Source: an uncultured Methylococcaceae bacterium
GTDB taxonomy: Bacteria > Pseudomonadota > Gammaproteobacteria > Methylococcales > UBA1147
DNA length: 64,000 nucleotides
NCBI GenBank assembly: GCA_964619885.1
Contig: CAZUGA010000011.1
Coordinates: 38,441-102,440, forward strand
Reading direction: 5' to 3'
Below are positions 11,063-22,516 of the stretch, in pieces. Below the pieces are notes generated by a model. The model worked only from the letters and a program-made list of their open reading frames with translations, ran no database searches and was not told the origin of the DNA. Both the position numbers and the translations under genes were made by a program. Position 1 is the first letter of the stretch. Each line of letters begins with the position of its first letter.

Positions 11063-11572
11063 TTAAGAAAATTCCAAGCATTCGGTAAATACATAGCGGA
11101 CATAAACAAATGACACTATCACCGGGTATAAAACATACTGGTCTCTTAGATACAAACTCGCCAAGGTTAAACCAACCAACAAATCTGCACGAAACAGAAA
11201 ATTTGCATAAATCAGTCGAATTAGCCGGATCTGGTCATCATCCAAGCAATGCTTCTGATTGATAATCAAATTTGTCAACAACACGCTCAAGATCGAAAAA
11301 TAAACTGGGTAAAATTTGAACATTGGCGCATTAGGCTGGTAAACCTCCCGCCAGTATATCCACCAGACAATGAGCGTGCCAACCAGGAAGAAATCATAAG
11401 CCAAGCGATATCTGGAACGCTCAACAAAATATACGACCCCGCTGAGCCCGATAATTAACAGCCCGACTGGCATGAACCAGGGCGAGGTCAATGTTTGGAG
11501 CATATCCGGGCGTAGCAATACGATCAGAATCAAAACAAAATTTATCAACGTAAAGAACGGTAAAGCCGGCAT
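11063..11572 (-). CDS. Hypothetical integral membrane protein
   Basis: 169-aa ORF with about 5 hydrophobic segments. No family recognised. Confidence 0.45.
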   Translation of the reverse strand: MPALPFFTLINFVLILIVLLRPDMLQTLTSPWFMPVGLLIIGLSGVVYFVERSRYRLAYDFFLVGTLIVWWIYWREVYQPNAPMFKFYPVYFSILSVLLTNLIINQKHCLDDDQIRLIRLIYANFLFRADLLVGLTLASLYLRDQYVLYPVIVSFVYVRYVFTECLEFS

Positions 11573-11729
11573 CGCTAAAACAACTGGTCAAATACTTCGA
11601 TTATCGAAGACACACAATAGTAGCCATTGCGAATATTCGACCGTAACCGATTGGGCGCCTAAGATTATGCATTTCTCCACTATTTTGATAGAGTCGCCTT
11701 ACCGTCCACATTAACGCGGAGCAATATAT

Positions 11730-12008
11730 ATGCTGGGTATAATTGGCGGTGTATTGGTTGTATTTTGGTTTTATCACGCGGCCGAAAAATTAGCAAAAGA
11801 CACAACAACCTGGGCAATTGGAGGTGCCTTGTTGTACGCGGGAACCCGCTTGTTGTGGACCTACGGAATTATCAAACCATTGATGAGTAAATCCTTTTAC
11901 ACCCATAGCGGATCTACCGGCTCAATAATCGGAATTTCCGGGGTTGCAATTGCTATTCTTGTCGCTGCAATCATAAAAATTAAATACCTCAAAGCCCCCA
12001 AAACCTAA
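11730..12008 (+). CDS. Small hypothetical membrane protein
   Basis: 92-aa ORF with 3 hydrophobic segments. No family recognised. Confidence 0.4.
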   Translation: MLGIIGGVLVVFWFYHAAEKLAKDTTTWAIGGALLYAGTRLLWTYGIIKPLMSKSFYTHSGSTGSIIGISGVAIAILVAAIIKIKYLKAPKT

Positions 12009-12039
12009 TCGGTTCAAGCCATTACCTGCAGGAAACCGA

Positions 12040-12852
12040 CTATCTTCGCTCCAATCTATAGGCGCGAATTAATAAAAAAAAGCCCAATAATATAAACGGT
12101 ACACTCAACCACTGACCGACACTGATAGGAATTTCGGTTGTGTACGAAGCTTGCCTGGTCTTAAAAAATTCCAGGCAGAAACGAGCTGAAAACAACAGAA
12201 CCAAATAAATTCCTATCAGAAATCCATCGGCTTTCCGACCCGCGTAGCGTAAATAGCAAAGGAACATGATCGTCGATATAATTAAGTAACTTAAAGCCTC
12301 ATACAGCTGAACCGGGTGACGCGGAATCAAATCAACCCGCTGAAAAACAAAGGCCCAAGGAACGGTCGACGGAACCCCAACAATTTCGGAATTAAATAAA
12401 TTCCCCATACGTATGAAAAACGAAACCGTCGCCAACGGAACCGACCCTCGATCAAGCATCCATAAACCAGTATAGCCCGGCTTTTTTCGGGCAAACCAAT
12501 ACCCCGCACAAAGTACCCCTATCCCTCCTCCGTGACTGGCCAACCCACCATTCCAGATTTTCAGGATCTCAATCGGATGGCTAAAATAGTAAACGGGATC
12601 ATAGAATAAGCAATGTCCAAGACGAGCACCCACTAAAACACCGACAAAAACATAGACAAACAGATCATCCAAATCTTCAACCCGCCGACCCTCGCGTCTG
12701 AACATCCATTGAAGAATATAAAAACCCTGAAAAAAGCCCACGGCAAAAAATAGACCATACCAACGGATCGTAATCGGTCCCCAACTAAAAAGATCCGGAC
12801 TGGCATTCCAAATAACATAACCCGTTTGTTCCACGGTCACTCCGTATTTCAA
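12040..12852 (-). CDS. lgt: Prolipoprotein diacylglyceryl transferase Lgt
   Basis: WYGLFFAVGF, GGLASHGGGIG, and the HPVQLYEAL signature. Confidence 0.9.
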   Translation of the reverse strand: MKYGVTVEQTGYVIWNASPDLFSWGPITIRWYGLFFAVGFFQGFYILQWMFRREGRRVEDLDDLFVYVFVGVLVGARLGHCLFYDPVYYFSHPIEILKIWNGGLASHGGGIGVLCAGYWFARKKPGYTGLWMLDRGSVPLATVSFFIRMGNLFNSEIVGVPSTVPWAFVFQRVDLIPRHPVQLYEALSYLIISTIMFLCYLRYAGRKADGFLIGIYLVLLFSARFCLEFFKTRQASYTTEIPISVGQWLSVPFILLGFFLLIRAYRLERR

Positions 12853-13056
12853 TGCTCCATAATGGAGGCTTTAATAACCCATTCAATAGCAATAGCATGA
12901 ACAGGTTCTACAATGGAAAGCCTCAGAGAGACACTCAATCCGGGCTCTATAAAAAACCAACACGAATTCTATGACACTTGGCAGCTTGTTGAAACATGCC
13001 ATACTATTTACCGGCCAGCAAATCTGGTCATTAATCTCAACACAAACAGCATAATG

Positions 13057-14322
13057 TTACTGATATAGAGATTCATTCGTCCTACAGCGCACTGACTCAA
13101 TTGCGGAACAGGCCACATCCAATGCACTCGAGGAATCAATTTGACCCGCCAGATCTTGACACCGCGACTGCACTGAACGGGATCCTAACAAATTATCCAA
13201 TTCTGTTGCGACATTATCCGGTGTAAAACGCATGGGATTCAAAAATCGTGCAATACCAAGAGATTTAAGACGCCTGGCATTATCCGGTTGATCGTAAGCC
13301 ATCGGCATGACCAATTGGGGTACGCCAGAGGCTAATGCTTTGCCGGTCGTCCCAATTCCGCCATGATGGACCACAGCCCGACACTTCGGAAAAATCGAAA
13401 GAAACGGAGCATAGTCACAATGAAGGATAGATTTGGGAAGTTGAGTTGGGCAATTTGCACTAAATTTTGTCAGAAGAATCCCTCTCACATTGAGTTTTTG
13501 ACAAACTTCAACTGCAACCTGAAAAAATTTTTGTGCGTGTCGGTGCCCGCTTCCGGCGGTAAACGCAATGGGGCGGTCTCCTGCCAACAAGAAATCCAAG
13601 CACTCAGCATTAACGGCACTATGAGGATTTTCATGCGATACAAAACCTGGGAACAACAAATGTTGCGGTGAGTGGGTCAAGGCAGGTCCGAACCACTTTG
13701 GAAACAATGCCAGGATTAAATCTGGAGAATATTGCCAATGCGTGGAGACCCTATCGACCGGACTCAAACCTAGTTCGGATCTGAATCGATTTGTTTCTGG
13801 TTGGATCAAAGGTTCAAAATAAAACCGCTCTATGCCCTTCGCCAAATTGCGCTTTACGAACCCCGGTAGAAACTTGGTCCAGGGATACGATGCCAGCGTT
13901 GGGGGTTGATCGTCAGTCCAAATCGAGGTTGGTTGCAACACCACGGTCACAAGCGGAATCCCCAATTTGTCGCGCGCAATCCTGGCGCCATACATAAAGC
14001 AGGGAGCAACAATAATAGTATCTGGTGTATGCAATATCTTGATTTGCTCGTAGATATCACGCATACCCCGCAAGATCAGCTCATCGACCAATAGGCGAAA
14101 TCCCTTAAAACGATTCCAAACATCGGGATTCGCCAGCACGTCCAAGTAGTCCTGTTTCGATCCTATAGATACGAACTCAAGACCAAATTGATCTGCTTTA
14201 TCTTTAAAGTAATCGTTACTAACCAGAATCACACGATGATTCCGATCCTTTAGTTCCTGACCCAATGCTATAAAAGGGTCTATGTCTCCGTCTGTTCCTA
14301 ATGTTACCAATAGAATTTTCAT
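13057..14322 (-). CDS. GT1-family (MGT/UDP-glycosyltransferase-like) glycosyltransferase
   Basis: N-terminus MKILLVTLGTDGDIDPFIALGQEL and the C-terminal nucleotide-sugar motif HHGGIGTTGKALASGVPQLVMPMAYDQPDNA. Confidence 0.8.
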   Translation of the reverse strand: MKILLVTLGTDGDIDPFIALGQELKDRNHRVILVSNDYFKDKADQFGLEFVSIGSKQDYLDVLANPDVWNRFKGFRLLVDELILRGMRDIYEQIKILHTPDTIIVAPCFMYGARIARDKLGIPLVTVVLQPTSIWTDDQPPTLASYPWTKFLPGFVKRNLAKGIERFYFEPLIQPETNRFRSELGLSPVDRVSTHWQYSPDLILALFPKWFGPALTHSPQHLLFPGFVSHENPHSAVNAECLDFLLAGDRPIAFTAGSGHRHAQKFFQVAVEVCQKLNVRGILLTKFSANCPTQLPKSILHCDYAPFLSIFPKCRAVVHHGGIGTTGKALASGVPQLVMPMAYDQPDNARRLKSLGIARFLNPMRFTPDNVATELDNLLGSRSVQSRCQDLAGQIDSSSALDVACSAIESVRCRTNESLYQ

Positions 14323-14442
14323 AAAATCATCACATGCAGGCCTTATTCAGTCTTTATGTATTGGCTAAAACACCGGGTCCCACCCCATCTAATACAATGC
14401 TATGATTGTGAATTCAGAAAATAGTGATGCTAATCATCAATC

Positions 14443-15333
14443 ATGACCAGCGAAAAAGAAACGATAGGGTTTATAGGTATCGGACTTATGGGGAAACCAA
14501 TGGTCTTAAGGATGCTTGCCGCAGGATACCAGGTCGCAGTGTGGAATCGAACCCCGGAAAAGCTTACACCGGTATTGAACGCTGGGGCGTTGAAAACAGA
14601 TTCCATAGCAAACTTAGCACAACAATCCAAAATAATTTTGTTAAGTCTTAGCAATACTACTGCGGTAGAAGAAGTCGTTTTTGGTGATGGCGGCATTGCC
14701 AGCAATAGCCGAAAAGACCAATTGATCATTGACCTTTCCAGCATTGACCCGGCAAAATCTCGCCTTTTCGCCGACCAACTTTTTAACCAATGTGGCGTCC
14801 GTTGGATTGACGCCCCGGTATCAGGCGGTGTCGGAGGCGCAGAGCAAGGTTCGTTGGTGATCATGGCTGGAGGCCGAGAAGCCGACCTACAACGAAGCGA
14901 GCCCATCCTATCCACCCTGGGTCAACGCATTACCCACATGGGCGATATCGGTTCGGGGCAAGTGACCAAAATCTGCAATCAGATGATCGTCAGCTGCAAC
15001 GTATTGGTCATCGCGGAAATGATTGCTTTGGCACAACGGGCAGGCGTATCCGCCGAAAAAATACCCGAAGCGCTCGCAGACGGTTTTGCAGATTCGAAAC
15101 CATTACAGATCCTTGGACCACAAATGGCAAAAAATAAGTTTGAGCCGGTTAAATGGAGAGTCAAGACCTTGGCGAAGGATTTAAATATGGCGGTCGACCT
15201 ATCACGAGCGCAGGCCAAAGCCATCCCAATGTCAGGCTTGGCAGCACAACTGATGCAACTCCACGCCGATAATGGTTATGCCGACAAAGACCCGTCAACC
15301 TTGATTAGGCTGTATTCTGAACCGCCAAATTAA
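14443..15333 (+). CDS. NAD(P)-dependent 3-hydroxyisobutyrate / tartronate-semialdehyde reductase family oxidoreductase
   Basis: Rossmann motif IGFIGIGLMGKPM and the DAPVSGG block. It is adjacent to hyi. Confidence 0.8.
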   Translation: MTSEKETIGFIGIGLMGKPMVLRMLAAGYQVAVWNRTPEKLTPVLNAGALKTDSIANLAQQSKIILLSLSNTTAVEEVVFGDGGIASNSRKDQLIIDLSSIDPAKSRLFADQLFNQCGVRWIDAPVSGGVGGAEQGSLVIMAGGREADLQRSEPILSTLGQRITHMGDIGSGQVTKICNQMIVSCNVLVIAEMIALAQRAGVSAEKIPEALADGFADSKPLQILGPQMAKNKFEPVKWRVKTLAKDLNMAVDLSRAQAKAIPMSGLAAQLMQLHADNGYADKDPSTLIRLYSEPPN

Positions 15334-15402
15334 GTAAAAGAGCATGAAGCGATTTGGATCATAGAGAATATCGTTATTTAGTAATACCCAATTCTTCGAG
15401 GC

Positions 15403-16185
15403 ATGACCATGCTGCACTTTTCCGCAAATCTCAGCCTACTGTTCACCGAACTTCCAATGATAGACCGCTTTAAGGCGGCCAAACAACACGGTTTCGACTG
15501 GGTAGAAATTCAGTTTCCGTACCAAATCCCACCACGAGTTTTAAAAGTCGCAATGGATGAGGCTGAGGTGGAACTAGCTCTTTTTAATATTAGCGCGGAT
15601 AACTTGATGGCAGGCGGTGAGGGACTGGCCGCGGTACCTGAAAAACGCGAAGCATTTATAGAGGCAGTCGATATTGCTGCAGAATATGCAAAAGTACTAT
15701 CCCCTAGATTGATCAACGTTTTAGCAGGACGCTGCTCCCACGCTGAACGTTTGGAGATTTATCTAGAAACCTTCAAGGGCAATCTAGGGTTTACCGCAGA
15801 AATGTTCGCGGGATATGGCATCCGTACCGTCTTTGAAGCCGTAAACAACAAAGACATGCCCGGTTTTATAATAAGCAGCGGCCAACAGATGCTGAACTTG
15901 ATTAACGACATTGACCACCCCAATCTCTATATGCAATATGATATCTACCATATGTATATGATGGGAGAAGAGCCGATCAAATTTATCGCTGAACATTGGG
16001 ACAAAATCGGCCATATTCAATTTGCAGATGCACCAGGACGTGGTCAACCGGGCACCGGCGAAATAGATTTTTCATCGCTATTTAAATGCATTGCCGATTT
16101 GGACTACGATGGATTTCTAGGCGCCGAATACAAACCAATCGGTATAACTAACGACAGTCTAGATTGGATCGCCAAATTCGGTTAA
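15403..16185 (+). CDS. hyi: Hydroxypyruvate isomerase (xylose-isomerase-like TIM barrel)
   Basis: N-terminus FSANLSLLF...RF.AAK..GF..VE, HIQFAD and EYKP blocks typical of Hyi. Confidence 0.82.
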   Translation: MTMLHFSANLSLLFTELPMIDRFKAAKQHGFDWVEIQFPYQIPPRVLKVAMDEAEVELALFNISADNLMAGGEGLAAVPEKREAFIEAVDIAAEYAKVLSPRLINVLAGRCSHAERLEIYLETFKGNLGFTAEMFAGYGIRTVFEAVNNKDMPGFIISSGQQMLNLINDIDHPNLYMQYDIYHMYMMGEEPIKFIAEHWDKIGHIQFADAPGRGQPGTGEIDFSSLFKCIADLDYDGFLGAEYKPIGITNDSLDWIAKFG

Positions 16186-16673
16186 TTTGTAAACAGATCC
16201 AATTGTTGTGGAAGGATGGTATCTCCGGGCCGCAATATTCCGTCTTCTATGACACGGGCCGTTATTCCGCCATGGCCTCGCATAGCGTTGAATCCCCCTG
16301 GGCCTAAGTTATTTTCCATTTTCGAGCAAGGCTGGCACAATCCCGTAGCTTCTAACAATACCGAACCTATACGAAAACGGCTTTTTTTTAATGTGAGTAA
16401 ATTAATGCCGCGAACCACTAAATTCCTTCTCATATCTGATGGGCAAACCGCACGCCCAACTATAGATTCCACAACCTCCAAATGTTCCTGCTGGACCAGC
16501 GTTACCTGCCTTTTCTTATTATTTCCATGATAATGATCGCCCACCAAACCTTGTTTCTCCGAAGCTAAAACTTCATCAACACTGACAATAGGTCCACCGC
16601 GTTCGGCGCGTAGACCAATCCAAACCAATTCCCCAGGTTTACTAAATGATTCAAACAGTTTCTTAACTTCCAT
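16182..16673 (-). CDS. MOSC domain-containing protein
   Basis: GLVGDHY..., RQVTLVQQEHL and the C-terminal CQPC motif typical of small MOSC proteins. Confidence 0.78.
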   Translation of the reverse strand: MEVKKLFESFSKPGELVWIGLRAERGGPIVSVDEVLASEKQGLVGDHYHGNNKKRQVTLVQQEHLEVVESIVGRAVCPSDMRRNLVVRGINLLTLKKSRFRIGSVLLEATGLCQPCSKMENNLGPGGFNAMRGHGGITARVIEDGILRPGDTILPQQLDLFTN

Positions 16674-16742
16674 TCTTTATCATAAACCAACTACATCATG
16701 GTTTAGCGAGTATGCCAAATTCATTTTGGGAGGTTTCAAAAG

Positions 16743-17036
16743 TTAGCCGCCGCCCCGTCTAAAACTAAGATCGAACCGTTGCATAAAGCGATTTATTTCG
16801 GTTTCATTCAGATCTGAAAAACTGAAACTTAAGAAGGTCACCGGTAAAATTAAGGCACCTATCCGACGTTGCCGTTCTTTTGAATACAATATGCGAACTA
16901 TTCCATCGCCTTCTTGAATGGTAATTTCTTTGTCGTCTATGGAATAATTTTCCGACGTAGCCGCTATCGGGATTCCACGAAATAGGTCTTTATGTCCCAA
17001 CCCCATTTCACGCCTAATAACGCAAGAATCAGCCAT
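16743..17036 (-). CDS. Hypothetical 97-aa protein ending in RRGGG
   Basis: ORF tightly packed with the MoaD-like gene (23-bp gap). No family recognised. Confidence 0.4.
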   Translation of the reverse strand: MADSCVIRREMGLGHKDLFRGIPIAATSENYSIDDKEITIQEGDGIVRILYSKERQRRIGALILPVTFLSFSFSDLNETEINRFMQRFDLSFRRGGG

Positions 17037-17059
17037 TTAATTCCACGACAGGATAGAAG

Positions 17060-17314
17060 CTAACCGCCTGCAACCGGTGGCCAAATTGCCAGGGTATCTC
17101 CTTCGATAAACCGCGCTTCATCCCTTTTTCCCATTTCGAGATAGACACCGTTCAGCAAAACCAAATGTACTAACCGTCGCGGAACATTGAACCTATCCAA
17201 TACTTGGTGGGGTGACTCGTTCTCCGCAATCTCCACTTCTACACTATGCCGTATAGTACCTGTTGGAAGGTAGTCAGATAGAGACGCGTACAGTTTCAAT
17301 GTGATTTTTATCAC
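17060..17314 (-). CDS. MoaD/ThiS-family ubiquitin-like sulfur-carrier protein
   Basis: 84 aa with a beta-grasp-like pattern and the C-terminal ...WPPVAGG diglycine. Confidence 0.72.
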   Translation of the reverse strand: MIKITLKLYASLSDYLPTGTIRHSVEVEIAENESPHQVLDRFNVPRRLVHLVLLNGVYLEMGKRDEARFIEGDTLAIWPPVAGG

Positions 17315-17376
17315 GAGTTTGACAATTAGCGAAAAAACCTATAACCCAACCTGGCCAAAATAATTTTCTCTCAAAA

Positions 17377-17619
17377 TTATTTTAAGAATGTCATTAGTTG
17401 AGGAGAGTCGAAAGGCCAATTCAATTCTCCTCCGGTATCGCTTCTTTTTATTACCGGAATTAGCACCTCGTATCGCTCTAGCAGCAACTCATCACTTGCG
17501 ATATCTATCTCGCACAACTCGAACTCGACAGTATTGTTAACAATAACTCTTTGCAGTAACTTTTCCGCATCTTCACACAAATGGCAACCGGCTGTTCCGA
17601 ACAAATACACCTGATACAT
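17377..17619 (-). CDS. Glutaredoxin-like small thioredoxin-fold protein (DUF836-like)
   Basis: 80 aa with an N-terminal GCHLC redox motif followed by ...IPV... typical of the thioredoxin fold. Confidence 0.7.
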   Translation of the reverse strand: MYQVYLFGTAGCHLCEDAEKLLQRVIVNNTVEFELCEIDIASDELLLERYEVLIPVIKRSDTGGELNWPFDSPQLMTFLK

Positions 17620-17692
17620 TCAGTCTTTACCACTATTTCTAGAACCATCCGATACCATGCAACTCTCGGCTTGAATCAATAATACAAATCGC

Positions 17693-20600
17693 TTAGTCAG
17701 GTTCGTATGCCAAATTGGGCCCCAACCAACGTTCGACCTCCTTTTGCACGAGCTGTTTACGTTTACAATAATCAACAATTTGGTCTCTGCCGAGTTTGCC
17801 AACATTAAAATATTGCGCATCTGGATGGGAAAAATACCATCCTGAAACCGAAGCAGCTGGATACATTGCAAAACTTTCGGTCAATGAAATACCGGTATTC
17901 GCTTCAACCTTCAGCAAATCAAAAAGTGTTTCTTTTTCGGTGTGATCCGGGCATGCAGGATACCCCGGGGCAGGACGAATACCGGCATAGTTTTCGCGAA
18001 TCAGTTCGTCTACAGACAAGTCTTCTTCGGTAGCGTATCCCCAAAATTCCTTTCTAACCCGTTTGTGCATCACTTCTGCGAATGCTTCTGCCAAACGATC
18101 GGCCAGTGCTTTGAGCATAATCGCATTATAATCGTTATGATCTTTTTCGAAGACCTCAAGCTGTGACTCAATTCCAAGACCCGCCGTTACCGCGAATCCA
18201 CCTACGTAATCGTCGATGCCACCTTCGACAGGCGCAACAAAATCGGATAAACAGTAATTTGGTCGCCCAGGTGGCTTAATATTTTGCTGTCGTAGATTCC
18301 TCAGCAATGCTCTAGACTCAGTTCGACTTTGGTCAGTATATACAACAATATCATCACCTTGACTGTTGGCGGGAAAAAACCCTATGACCGCGCGCGCTTG
18401 CAGCCATTTTTCCGAAACGAGTTGATCCAGCATCGCGTTAGCGTCATCAAATAAATGCCGAGCCTCTTCACCGACAATTTCATCATTGAATATTTTCGGA
18501 TAACTCCCAGCAAGTTCCCAAGTATGGAAAAATGGCGACCAATCAATATAGTCTACGATTTCGTCTAACGGATAATCATTAATAACCTTTGTACCCAAAA
18601 ATAATGGCTTTGGAATGTCAGCCCCATTCGAATGACCATTAAATTTATTTTCCCGTGCAGTTTGGATGGGATGTTGTTTTACTTTCTTCTTCCGTCCTAT
18701 ATGCCGCTTACGAACCTCTTCATATTCGGCACGAATGTCTTGGACAAACGTATCTTTATCGGTATGGCTCAAAAGTTTCCCGGTAATACCAACACTGCGC
18801 GATGCATCCGTAACATAAACCGTGGGTCCGTGATAATTTTGTTCAATTTTCACTGCCGTATGTGCTCTAGAAGTCGTCGCACCGCCAATTAGCAACGGGA
18901 TATCAAAACCCAAACGTTCCATCTCCTTAGCCATATGCACCATCTCATCTAGCGAAGGTGTGATCAGGCCACTCAATCCAATAACATCCACCTTTTCGTC
19001 CCGAGCAGTTTTCAATATTGTGTCCGCAGGTACCATAACGCCCAAGTCGATAACCTCGTACCCGTTACATTGCAGTACAACACCTACAATATTCTTACCG
19101 ATATCATGTACATCGCCTTTGACCGTGGCCATTAAAATTTTGCCGTTGGACTGAACATCCTCCCCAGTTTCCATTTCCATAAACGGTAATAAATAAGCAA
19201 CCGCTTTCTTCATTACCCGGGCGGATTTAACTACTTGCGGTAAAAACATTTTACCGTCACCAAAAAGATCGCCAACCACGTTCATCCCGGCCATCAACGG
19301 CCCTTCAATAACGTGTAACGGCTTTTCAGCCAATTGCCGCGCTTCTTCTGTATCTTCTTCTATAAAGTCTGCAACCCCTTTCACCAAAGCATGTTCCAAA
19401 CGCTTATTAATAGGCCACTGTCGCCATTCCAGATTTTCCTTCTGGTCGATAACACTGCCATCGCCCCGATATTTTTCAGCAACCTCAAGTAATCGTTCGG
19501 TTGAGTCATCCCGTCTGTTCAATACGACGTCTTCAACTCGCTCGCGCAGCTCTTCCGATATCTCATCATAAATCGCTAATTGACCAGCATTAACAATTCC
19601 CATGTCCATACCGGCGTGAATTGCGTGATACAAGAAAACCGCATGAATAGCTTCGCGTACCGGATCGTTTCCGCGAAACGAAAATGAAACGTTTGATACA
19701 CCACCGGACACCATCGCATATCGCAGAGAATGCTTAATCTGGCGAGTCGCTTCAATATACGCCAAACCATACTCATTGTGTTCTTCGATACCGGTTGCTA
19801 TCGCAAAAATATTTGGATCAAAAATAATGTCCTGCGGTGGAAATCCTACTTGGTCAATCAGAATATGATATGCCCGTGTACATATTTCAACTTTACGCTG
19901 GATCGTATCGGCTTGACCTTTTTCGTCAAACGCCATAACGACCGCCGCGGCACCGTACCTCCGCACCAGTTTCGCTTGCCGAATGAAGGTTTCCTCACCT
20001 TCCTTCATCGAAATTGAATTGACAACACCTTTTCCCTGGACACACTTTAATCCAGCTTCGAGAATATCCCATTTAGAAGAATCAATCATAATGGGAACCC
20101 GCGAAATATCGGGTTCAGACGCGATCAAGTTTAGAAACCGCACCATCGCTTCTTTAGACTCCAACATTCCCTCGTCCATATTGACGTCGATCATCTGCGC
20201 ACCTGCTTCGACTTGCTGCCGGGCAACGTCCAACGCCGCTTCAAAATCATCATCTTTTATCAGGCGTCTAAATCGAGCCGAACCGGTAACATTTGTTCGT
20301 TCACCAACATTTACAAACAGCGTGTCAGATCCAATATGCATCGGTTCCAAACCAGAGAGTCGACACTGAACAGGTATATCAGGAACAAGCCTAGGCGAGA
20401 ATTTACTCACGGATTCGCGTATCGCTTCGATGTGTTGAGGGGTGGTTCCGCAACACCCACCTACAATATTCAAAAATCCGCTTTCGGCCCACTCAGCAAT
20501 TTCTTTGGCCATATCTTCCGGAGATTCATCATACTCTCCAAATTCATTGGGTAGGCCTGCGTTTGGGTGGGCCGATACATACGTATTTGCAATAGTAGAC

Positions 20601-21397
20601 AACTCTTCTATGTATTGACGGAGCTCTTGTGCACCCAACGCGCAATTTAAGCCAATACTAACCGGATTCGCGTGGTTCAGAGAATTCCAAAATGCTTCAG
20701 TTGTCTGTCCAGACAAGGTTCGGCCGGAAGAATCCGTGATGGTTCCCGAGATCATGACCGGTAAACGGGTCTTAGTATCATCGAAAAACTTTTCTACCGC
20801 GAAAATTGCAGCTTTGGCATTCAAGGTATCAAATATGGTCTCGATCAATATTAGATCGGCCCCACCTTCCACCAACCCTTGTGTAGATTCGTAGTACGCA
20901 TCAACCAAGTCATCGTAGCTTACGTTGCGAAAGCCCGGGTCGTTAACATCTGGGGATAATGAAGCGGTCCGGTTTGTAGGTCCAATAACACCAGCAACAA
21001 AACGCGGCCGGTCTGGCGTCCTACTGGTCACCGCCTTGGCTGCTTCACGTGCTAACCGGGCCGATTCCAAATTGATTTCGTATGCCAGAGATTCCATCGA
21101 ATAATCAGCCATCGCGATTCGCGTTGAATTAAACGTATTGGTTTCAATGATGTCAGCACCGGATTCCAAATACGCGGTATGTATGGCTTTGATAATTTCA
21201 GGTTGGGTTAAAGATAAAAGGTCATTATTACCTTTTAAATCACATTCCCATGTCGAAAAACGTTCTCCCCTATAGTCGCTTTCTTCCAATTTGTAGCTTT
21301 GAATCATGGTTCCCATCGCCCCATCCAAGAATAGAATCCGTTGGTTCAGTATTGACGTGAAATCGATTTTTTCTGATGTGGCGTTTGGCATTGTCAC
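17693..21397 (-). CDS. metH: Cobalamin-dependent methionine synthase MetH
   Basis: 1234 aa with Hcy-binding, pterin-binding, B12-binding (GDVHDIGKN) and AdoMet activation domains, all colinear. Confidence 0.97.
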   Translation of the reverse strand: MTMPNATSEKIDFTSILNQRILFLDGAMGTMIQSYKLEESDYRGERFSTWECDLKGNNDLLSLTQPEIIKAIHTAYLESGADIIETNTFNSTRIAMADYSMESLAYEINLESARLAREAAKAVTSRTPDRPRFVAGVIGPTNRTASLSPDVNDPGFRNVSYDDLVDAYYESTQGLVEGGADLILIETIFDTLNAKAAIFAVEKFFDDTKTRLPVMISGTITDSSGRTLSGQTTEAFWNSLNHANPVSIGLNCALGAQELRQYIEELSTIANTYVSAHPNAGLPNEFGEYDESPEDMAKEIAEWAESGFLNIVGGCCGTTPQHIEAIRESVSKFSPRLVPDIPVQCRLSGLEPMHIGSDTLFVNVGERTNVTGSARFRRLIKDDDFEAALDVARQQVEAGAQMIDVNMDEGMLESKEAMVRFLNLIASEPDISRVPIMIDSSKWDILEAGLKCVQGKGVVNSISMKEGEETFIRQAKLVRRYGAAAVVMAFDEKGQADTIQRKVEICTRAYHILIDQVGFPPQDIIFDPNIFAIATGIEEHNEYGLAYIEATRQIKHSLRYAMVSGGVSNVSFSFRGNDPVREAIHAVFLYHAIHAGMDMGIVNAGQLAIYDEISEELRERVEDVVLNRRDDSTERLLEVAEKYRGDGSVIDQKENLEWRQWPINKRLEHALVKGVADFIEEDTEEARQLAEKPLHVIEGPLMAGMNVVGDLFGDGKMFLPQVVKSARVMKKAVAYLLPFMEMETGEDVQSNGKILMATVKGDVHDIGKNIVGVVLQCNGYEVIDLGVMVPADTILKTARDEKVDVIGLSGLITPSLDEMVHMAKEMERLGFDIPLLIGGATTSRAHTAVKIEQNYHGPTVYVTDASRSVGITGKLLSHTDKDTFVQDIRAEYEEVRKRHIGRKKKVKQHPIQTARENKFNGHSNGADIPKPLFLGTKVINDYPLDEIVDYIDWSPFFHTWELAGSYPKIFNDEIVGEEARHLFDDANAMLDQLVSEKWLQARAVIGFFPANSQGDDIVVYTDQSRTESRALLRNLRQQNIKPPGRPNYCLSDFVAPVEGGIDDYVGGFAVTAGLGIESQLEVFEKDHNDYNAIMLKALADRLAEAFAEVMHKRVRKEFWGYATEEDLSVDELIRENYAGIRPAPGYPACPDHTEKETLFDLLKVEANTGISLTESFAMYPAASVSGWYFSHPDAQYFNVGKLGRDQIVDYCKRKQLVQKEVERWLGPNLAYEPD

Positions 21398-22096
21398 AGA
21401 TTTAGTCTGACTGGCGTCCAGTATTGAGAAAACTTTTTATTCTATACTTCAACATTCGTTAATCCAATCTCAAATGCTCAGTCTAATTTTAACCCACAGT
21501 TCCCAGGTCTACGTCCAAACCGGTAATGGATCACAGGTGTACGTCGCACCAATGGAATAAATTTTGAAAAAATCGAAACATACGAAATGCGATTCTGTCG
21601 ATTGAACGACGGCGAATTTGACTAATATCTTACTTAAGGTTCGTATTCCTATCCCCTGTATTGGTCGAATTGTACATACGTCAATCCGAAACGGGATACT
21701 GGGGAATCCAATTACCTTAACACGTACCTCCTACTCTCGCCGTTAACTTGCGAAGAGCTGATTGCGAACCGGGCCCGATTCCCCAGTTTCCCAAAAGGCT
21801 TCAGTTTATCAAAATTAATTTTGATTCCGCATTGCGATATTCACACCCTTAGCTGTTAACATTGATATGTAGTCAAAGATTCTGACCCGTAACAAGAATT
21901 CACGGCGCATTAGCGGTAATCTGACCTACAATGCCCGTGTTTGCTTTTGTTCGCGAACTTACCTTATTATTTGCTGCTTTCAGATAGCCGAATCTAGCTT
22001 ATCCAATTATTTTCAGAGAAATATCAAAAACGTAAATGAGACAATGTGACCGATTGTCTTACACCCAATAGCTCTTAAATTTATCGAGGAATACCT

Positions 22097-22516
22097 ATGA
22101 GAAAAAGCACTCTTCTTAACGCTTTGTTGATACTGTTCGCATCAAGTATTTTTTCAATTAGCATAGCGGAATCTATACCGGTAAAGGACAGCTCGGTAAT
22201 TGTCGGTTCTTGGAAACTTACGGGGACCGCTCGAAAACTAGACGGGGAACAATATTCATCACAACAATCATGGCAATTTCGCAAGGACGGAACCTTGGTG
22301 TCAACCGCTGCTTACGATAGTGGAACCGGGCCATATGCGACTAAAATTGATGAATTTAGTGTAAAAGTAAAATATGAAATCAAAGATGGAAAGATCCTTG
22401 CGGGCGTACCCGGTAGACCTGGAAAAAAATTGACCTACCACCTCATAGAAAGAGAAGGTAATAAGATGACTCTTAGACAGGGATCTGGTGAATTCATGTT
22501 CTTTGAAAAGCAATGA
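22097..22516 (+). CDS. Hypothetical secreted protein
   Basis: Clear signal peptide (MRKSTLLNALLILFASSIFSISIAES) and RBS-like aggaat upstream. The stop overlaps the start of the next gene. Confidence 0.55.
   Translation: MRKSTLLNALLILFASSIFSISIAESIPVKDSSVIVGSWKLTGTARKLDGEQYSSQQSWQFRKDGTLVSTAAYDSGTGPYATKIDEFSVKVKYEIKDGKILAGVPGRPGKKLTYHLIEREGNKMTLRQGSGEFMFFEKQ

Noticed and set aside
17620-21397. Numerous 60-130-aa ORFs antisense to or overlapping metH. The same pattern occurs inside rpoN, mgtE, the GT genes and others.
   Set aside because: They lie within long, well-conserved genes on the opposite strand or in another frame. They have no motifs and are typical shadow ORFs.
21398-22096. Cobalamin, SAM or SAH riboswitch upstream of metH
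   Set aside because: I could not find the B12 box/GCCACTG core, or the SAH GAGGAGCGCUGC...AACGGCGCUC pairing. Only a generic nested hairpin is visible, and it is reported as an unassigned structure instead.
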